Positions 60,001 to 64,000 of a DNA stretch of 64,000 bases are shown in pieces (position 1 is the stretch's first letter; every line of letters begins with the position of its first letter). A program made the position numbers and the translations under genes. The stretch is from a virus (taxonomy: Duplodnaviria; Caudoviricetes). The notes beneath the pieces were generated by a model, which ran no database searches, was not told the origin of the DNA, and saw nothing but the letters and a program-made list of their open reading frames with translations. The stretch is taken from the IMG/VR virus record IMGVR_UViG_3300028591_000174, positions 1 to 64,000 of that record. One strand, 5' to 3'.

Positions 60001-62293
60001 AGTTGTTAAAAGTGCAATTTCTTCAAAAGCAGATTGGATTGTATTGGCTAAAGTCCACTCTCAAACAGGAGAAGGGAAAGTTTCTCTTGAACCAATGACT
60101 CCTTGTTTACTTTCAGATATAAACAGTGTTATTGAAATGAAGTATGAAGGAATAGTCGCAGCAGTCACAAATTATACAAGTGCACAAATTACTCCATACA
60201 AAATCACAGGAAGTAACGGTTCGTTTAGTAAAACAGCATTAACTGCAAGATATGTTGAGCGTGGTGCATTGGTTCTTAATACAAATGCAGTTACTCCAAC
60301 ATCAAGTACTGCCCAGGCTAGAATGATGTTGTTTGACGGAACAACTTGGACCGAAATTAGTTCTAGTGATGCTCGTTATAATGACGCTATATTGTTGTGT
60401 GCCGGTGCACTTCCTTCTCTTGCTGGATATTATTATACACTCGGATTGGCAACTCCAAACATTTGCGGAACTTATATTGATACACTCACAACTAACAGAG
60501 CGTTTATCAATGAAGCGATGATTAACCTTATCCGTGCTTATGATATCAACTTCAAGAACTCTGTTTCAAGTTATAAGGATTCTGGATATGTCGCAGGAGA
60601 TCTTGCTATATCTATGGGTAAGAATCCTAAAAACACTTCTGATACAGAAAATAACTTTATAATACAATCGTACAAAGGTGATGTAGTTAAATCTGGAAAT
60701 TCTGTTCCAATTTGGAAAAAAGAGTTCTTTACAAAAAAAACTGACAATGGATTAATAGATTTATTTATTAATGGAAAATTAAATTTAGCAGGTGATTTAG
60801 AAATAAGTTCTCCTTCGTTGTACGTTGGAGTTGAAGCAGAACCAGTCTGTAAATGTTCTGGGTCTGGCACAGCTGTATCTAACTACAACTGTGCTCAAGT
60901 GTTTTATAATGACAAAATATACTTATTTCAAAGTTCAACTTCCAGCACTGTAATGGTGTCTGTTTGTAATTACAAAGGAAGTAATACACCAAGTTTTACA
61001 CAACTTGCAGAAATTAGCAGCAAAGGTCTTGTTTATGATGCAACAGTTTACAAAAACAATATCTATGTCTCTTTTAGTACAGGTGTATATAGATTTAATG
61101 TTTCTAATAACTCATTTACAACAATAACAACTACTTATAAACCTGTTATAATGAACATTGTAAATAATTTATTAAATCTAACCACTGACAATAATATATT
61201 TGCTTTCTATAATGGTTCTTCTGTTATTACAAAAACATCAAATGGCAATTGTTTGTGGTTATGTAATTTTACCCAAGATTTATTAGTTGCTTGTAATGGA
61301 AGTTTGTCACCTTCTGGCACTGCATATGCAACAAATAGCCTATCATTTTATAATCCTGATTTTACAGAACTTGGAAATCAACAAATTACTGGTAAAACAG
61401 TTACGAAAATTGATGGAACAACAACGACTATTTCATCAGCCTGTGGGCTATTTGCTTATAATGGCGTTTTAATAACTTGTGCATTAAATTTAGGAATCGT
61501 AATAAGTTATGACTGTGGACAAACGTGGAAGCAGGTTTTCTCACGGACAATACTTTCATTTAAGGGCTATGCGACTCAAAATATTATTATATTACATAAT
61601 GATGCCGAAGTAATTTATAGTTTAGATAATGGTGTAAATTGGAATGACTTTAATTTACGTTATAACAGTACATACAGAATGGGTAAAGCATTCTTAGCAC
61701 AAACAACCTTATATAAAGATATATTAGTGCCAGTTGGCTTTGACAATAGATTGAGTTTTTGTAGAATTAGACAAAGAAATATAGTAGAACAAACGGCTAT
61801 ATCAATTATTGCCAGCAGTATAAAAGATATTAACAGACCATTTGGGTTATCAATGTATGATGCTTCTATAGAGCTAATAAAGTTTGATAAAACTTATAAT
61901 GTTGGAGACATTATTTATAATGGTGCTAACACTATTGGTAATTTTTACAAATGCATACAATCAAGTAAAGCAGATAAATTATTTGACCCTGCTTATTGGC
62001 AAAACGATATTGGTGACAGTGGTTATATAGTCTTTTCGAACGGTTTAAAGATACAGTGGATTAGGACTACTCACACTAATTCTACAAAAAGCCTTGCATT
62101 TGATTTATCATTCAGTAACAAAAATTATTTTGTTTTTTGTCAAAGCGAACGAACTGACAATGGATACCCAAATACGTTTGTAGGTGGTGTTTATAATAAA
62201 CAAAATGATAACAGAACATTTACTTATGCAACTTCATATAATTCGCAAAGCGAAAGTGTTACTAATGACATTTTTTTTGCTATAGGATACTAA
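57095..62293 (+). CDS. long tail fibre / receptor-binding protein
   Basis: Ig-like, carbohydrate-binding-like and short collagen-like segments; BNR-like SxDxGxxW motifs; C-terminal NGLKIQW...FAIGY (gp53-like) domain. Confidence 0.88.
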   Translation: MALPEGYAISALTGKKGADGTSAKFIEIEAPNGLVFKNGSPNSLTLNAIAIGFTPSSYKWYKDGTVISGATSQTYNATTAGVYKVVCGDYSDITTVIAVSDGQDGTSPYSCSVSNENFTVATGTDLKPLSATTYSVKFQAYKGSTQLSPIAPSAAIASGKFKVSTPNASGFTVAQSTAGTLTFKTATGTAISANLTVSVTVTYDNGSTETKVITISASKTGAKGEDASQIGENLLHDSKLFGSVYGSSYPYYKYIDNGAHTANAFNGFTQTYCNNSSGTSTKDFLAWKNIKGFTLGDKYTLSFWAKGSGKFYTYWYGDSGYVQTKRIASSDGQAAGNFGDGSTTFTLTSEWKQYWVTWQLNTTGNNTVSKIILFRAYADAQVYIAGPKFEKGETATAWVPHVDEYKGETGNTGTKTFFSDYARTWTNTNWNTYKTAGYATTWNNSTVEGMRVGDILVITATLSEQGNIIGTVYTQITSVPSSKVDGYYKIGCTTLYGMVGQRGQTGATGTRGTLTFTGTEIYNIRATAVVYTLTTASTGITSTNMNILVGDRYINSLTGDVWKCTTAGTASTAKWTYEGRQAKDSDSSNQFRFFGEGTKTKYNTGGTNISQTEVTGEGPFGGNTSLLKITRPANAASNGRVTPYSKTIKLEAGVSYRYACYAKKTNDGFINYFGCRGWEQVSETVKNSQILALNGSEINSGYFVSSKNFGTVGRWYLVIGYVTANGVTTAPANDAGVYDMVTKQRVANCINYQFKNITEFTHNGTLIEYTESSSTPTVENTTYIYDIRFDKMDGTQPTLNELLNLDSEAKGKGTWASGTNYIIGDIVFYSTNGCSYICKSSHTSSSSIVPTNTTYWDKIADKGEKGDRGFSSRTIAFRVNYSAFSTANDGEVYVCGYNANGAEADTYGYVIINGTTYYAKGMLNSNCAMNGYMAIQKSGATSSGSPATPVYVFEDGSNTWYQVANGLTTVVKSAISSKADWIVLAKVHSQTGEGKVSLEPMTPCLLSDINSVIEMKYEGIVAAVTNYTSAQITPYKITGSNGSFSKTALTARYVERGALVLNTNAVTPTSSTAQARMMLFDGTTWTEISSSDARYNDAILLCAGALPSLAGYYYTLGLATPNICGTYIDTLTTNRAFINEAMINLIRAYDINFKNSVSSYKDSGYVAGDLAISMGKNPKNTSDTENNFIIQSYKGDVVKSGNSVPIWKKEFFTKKTDNGLIDLFINGKLNLAGDLEISSPSLYVGVEAEPVCKCSGSGTAVSNYNCAQVFYNDKIYLFQSSTSSTVMVSVCNYKGSNTPSFTQLAEISSKGLVYDATVYKNNIYVSFSTGVYRFNVSNNSFTTITTTYKPVIMNIVNNLLNLTTDNNIFAFYNGSSVITKTSNGNCLWLCNFTQDLLVACNGSLSPSGTAYATNSLSFYNPDFTELGNQQITGKTVTKIDGTTTTISSACGLFAYNGVLITCALNLGIVISYDCGQTWKQVFSRTILSFKGYATQNIIILHNDAEVIYSLDNGVNWNDFNLRYNSTYRMGKAFLAQTTLYKDILVPVGFDNRLSFCRIRQRNIVEQTAISIIASSIKDINRPFGLSMYDASIELIKFDKTYNVGDIIYNGANTIGNFYKCIQSSKADKLFDPAYWQNDIGDSGYIVFSNGLKIQWIRTTHTNSTKSLAFDLSFSNKNYFVFCQSERTDNGYPNTFVGGVYNKQNDNRTFTYATSYNSQSESVTNDIFFAIGY

Positions 62294-62296
62294 ACC

Positions 62297-62512
62297 AACG
62301 GTTTACATATACAATGGGGACAGAAGCCTGGATATACAAAACATATTACTTTTCCTATTGCATTCTCTAGTGGCTGTATGTACTTTAACTTTATAGCATA
62401 TCGTACTTCAGCTACAGAGAATGGCTGGCATTATTACAATAATCTCACAAGGACAGATGTTTATGTAATGCAGAATGATGAAACTGTATTATGGATTGCT
62501 ATAGGTTATTAA
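62297..62512 (+). CDS. silent tail-fibre C-terminal cassette B
   Basis: No start codon; NGLHIQWGQKPGY...LWIAIGY*. Confidence 0.85.
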   Translation, partial: NGLHIQWGQKPGYTKHITFPIAFSSGCMYFNFIAYRTSATENGWHYYNNLTRTDVYVMQNDETVLWIAIGY

Positions 62513-62754
62513 TAGCCAATTGCAAAAAAACTATACGAACCTCCATTTGTAATTGCTTTAAACTGATTTGTATTATTTCCACTCAGTCTTGCTCCAACTT
62601 CCGATTTTGACATTGTACCAGCAGAATTATCATAATAGCCAAATATAAGACAGGAGTCTGGACTTGTAAAATTAAGTGGTAAATATAAATCAGTTTTTAC
62701 ACCTCCACTAACAAAGCCATCAGCATATTTTATCCATTGTATCTTTAAACCGTT
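62509..62754 (-). CDS. silent tail-fibre C-terminal cassette C
   Basis: NGLKIQWIKYADG...SFFAIGY*; stop overlaps that of cassette B (TTAA). Confidence 0.85.
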   Translation of the reverse strand, partial: NGLKIQWIKYADGFVSGGVKTDLYLPLNFTSPDSCLIFGYYDNSAGTMSKSEVGARLSGNNTNQFKAITNGGSYSFFAIGY

Positions 62755-62810
62755 CGATAACTTATAATAATTATTAAGTCGTGCTATAATCTATTTAGGT
62801 GGAGGTATGT

Positions 62811-63191
62811 ATGTATTTCGGAAAAATCAAAAATACTGATGATGAATGGGGCTTTGATGTTTTTATTTCTAACTTTGAATCTTATGTAACGGTCGATGAT
62901 TCAGAACATCTAAGCATTGTAAATCAAGCAAACAGTGAAGGTAAATTAATCAAAGGAGATTCTGACGGAAATCCTATTCTGGTAAATCCACCAGAACCGA
63001 CTGATTATGAAAAAGCACAGAGCCGAATATCTGAACTTGAACAATTTCTTACTGAAACAGACTGGTATGCAATCAGATTTGCAGATACAGGCGAAGAAAT
63101 CCCTGTTGAAATAAAAAATAACAGACAGGAAGCAAGAGACGAAATATCAAGATTACGAACAGAGTATCCAGAGCCTAATCAAAACAACTGA
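62811..63191 (+). CDS. tail fibre assembly chaperone (XkdW/Tfa-like)
   Basis: ELEQFLTETDWY...IP.EIK..RQEARDEI pattern; ggagg RBS; extended -10 TGCTATAAT at 62782-62790. Confidence 0.7.
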   Translation: MYFGKIKNTDDEWGFDVFISNFESYVTVDDSEHLSIVNQANSEGKLIKGDSDGNPILVNPPEPTDYEKAQSRISELEQFLTETDWYAIRFADTGEEIPVEIKNNRQEARDEISRLRTEYPEPNQNN

Positions 63192-63406
63192 ACGGTTTGC
63201 GTATACAATGGGGAAAAGATTCTGGTTCGAACAGAACAGTTAATTTTTCATTAAGTTTTACTCAAACGCCTATAATTGTCTGCGTTCCACACGCAGGAGA
63301 AAGCTATTCACCTGGATACTTTTCTTTCGGATATAACATCACTAATTCAAGTTTTACTGCTTACAAAGCTGGTGCAAGTATAGACTGGATTGCTATAGGA
63401 TATTAG
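63191..63406 (+). CDS. silent tail-fibre C-terminal cassette D
   Basis: NGLRIQWGKDSG...IDWIAIGY*. Confidence 0.85.
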   Translation, partial: NGLRIQWGKDSGSNRTVNFSLSFTQTPIIVCVPHAGESYSPGYFSFGYNITNSSFTAYKAGASIDWIAIGY

Positions 63407-63657
63407 TAACCAATTGCAATCCAAGACATTTGTTTTTTTGACAAACCAGAGACTCCACAATAAAAACCGCTAACAGATATACTGTCAATAAAAGTCCAAG
63501 AAGATAAGTAATTTACATATAATGTATTTGATGATGTGTCAGATTCAATTACTGCTGTTGATACAAATGGAGGAGTAGTAAAATTCAATGCAAAGGAAAC
63601 AGATTTTCTTCCTGCACTTTTATCAAGTTGCTTTCCCCATTGTATCTTTAAACCGTT
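63403..63657 (-). CDS. silent tail-fibre C-terminal cassette E
   Basis: NGLKIQWGKQLDK...MSWIAIGY*. Confidence 0.85.
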   Translation of the reverse strand, partial: NGLKIQWGKQLDKSAGRKSVSFALNFTTPPFVSTAVIESDTSSNTLYVNYLSSWTFIDSISVSGFYCGVSGLSKKQMSWIAIGY

Positions 63658-63661
63658 CAGT

Positions 63662-63874
63662 TTAATAACCTATTAAAATAACATCTATTTTGTTTGAACC
63701 ATAAGAACATCTTATATTAATATGTCTTGCATCTTGATGTTCTACCGCAACGTGATAACCGTTTTGAGTGTGAGATTCTGATATTATATAAGAACTAACA
63801 CTTGAAAAAGACAATGGAAGTTCTATGCTAGTGCCATTACTTAAATTATAAAGCCACTGTATTTTTAAACCGTT
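63662..63874 (-). CDS. silent tail-fibre C-terminal cassette F
   Basis: NGLKIQWLYNLSNG...DVILIGY*; 71 codons open. Confidence 0.8.
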   Translation of the reverse strand, partial: NGLKIQWLYNLSNGTSIELPLSFSSVSSYIISESHTQNGYHVAVEHQDARHINIRCSYGSNKIDVILIGY

Positions 63875-63922
63875 CCTTAATATTTTAATATCTTTATACT
63901 ATTATTAGAGGTATTAAAAAAT

Positions 63923-64000
63923 ATGAATTATGCTTACATCAGAGTTTCAACAGACAAACAAACAGTACAGAATCAAAGGCTTGCAATTAAAGAATATGCA
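63923..64000 (+). CDS. serine recombinase / DNA invertase (5' end, truncated)
   Basis: MNYAYIRVSTDKQTVQNQRLAIKEYA: YxRVSTxxQ catalytic motif. Confidence 0.9.
   Translation, partial: MNYAYIRVSTDKQTVQNQRLAIKEYA

Larger units (their letters stand above)
62039..63874. repeat. six recombination-site cores AACGGTTT-N4-ATACARTGG in both orientations
   Basis: Plus strand: 62039, 62297, 63191; minus strand: 62747-62754, 63650-63657, 63867-63874. Confidence 0.85.

Noticed and set aside
278-61472. Many short ORF-track entries antisense to or nested in long genes (e.g. 278-499, 6373-6672, 16323-16796, 33467-33820, 38053-38481, 44626-45192, 53522-53842)
   Set aside because: Shadow ORFs opposite well-supported genes, with no RBS or recognisable motifs.

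Overview
The window is a 64-kb segment of a tailed dsDNA (siphovirus-like) phage or prophage genome, AT-rich, host not determinable from the sequence. It has two divergent arms. The left arm (1-~30,100, minus strand) is an early/accessory region of many small ORFs driven by a consensus sigma70 promoter at 30104-30132. It holds three TnpB-carrying IS elements (one IS607, two IS200/IS605-like), a C5 cytosine methyltransferase, a gp88-like protein, a ComM/YifB ATPase, an SSB-like protein and a reverse transcriptase. The right arm (30,454-64,000, plus strand) carries two XRE regulators, then terminase, portal, head, tail, tape measure, tail tip and a 1732-aa tail fibre. The most striking feature is a reverse transcriptase operon (RT, 54 aa, 131 aa and 353 aa ORFs) followed by a ~0.9-kb non-coding array of seven ~128-bp units. 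Each unit has a degenerate conserved scaffold plus a different long hairpin, suggesting a retron-like or UG-type RT with multiple ncRNA templates. The second is a six-cassette tail-fibre shufflon with AACGGTTT crossover cores next to a serine invertase. A 1.2-kb structured non-coding region ending in a tRNA-like fold and a recurrent hairpin-plus-Shine-Dalgarno motif are also notable. All family assignments come from motif recognition by eye; no database search was run.
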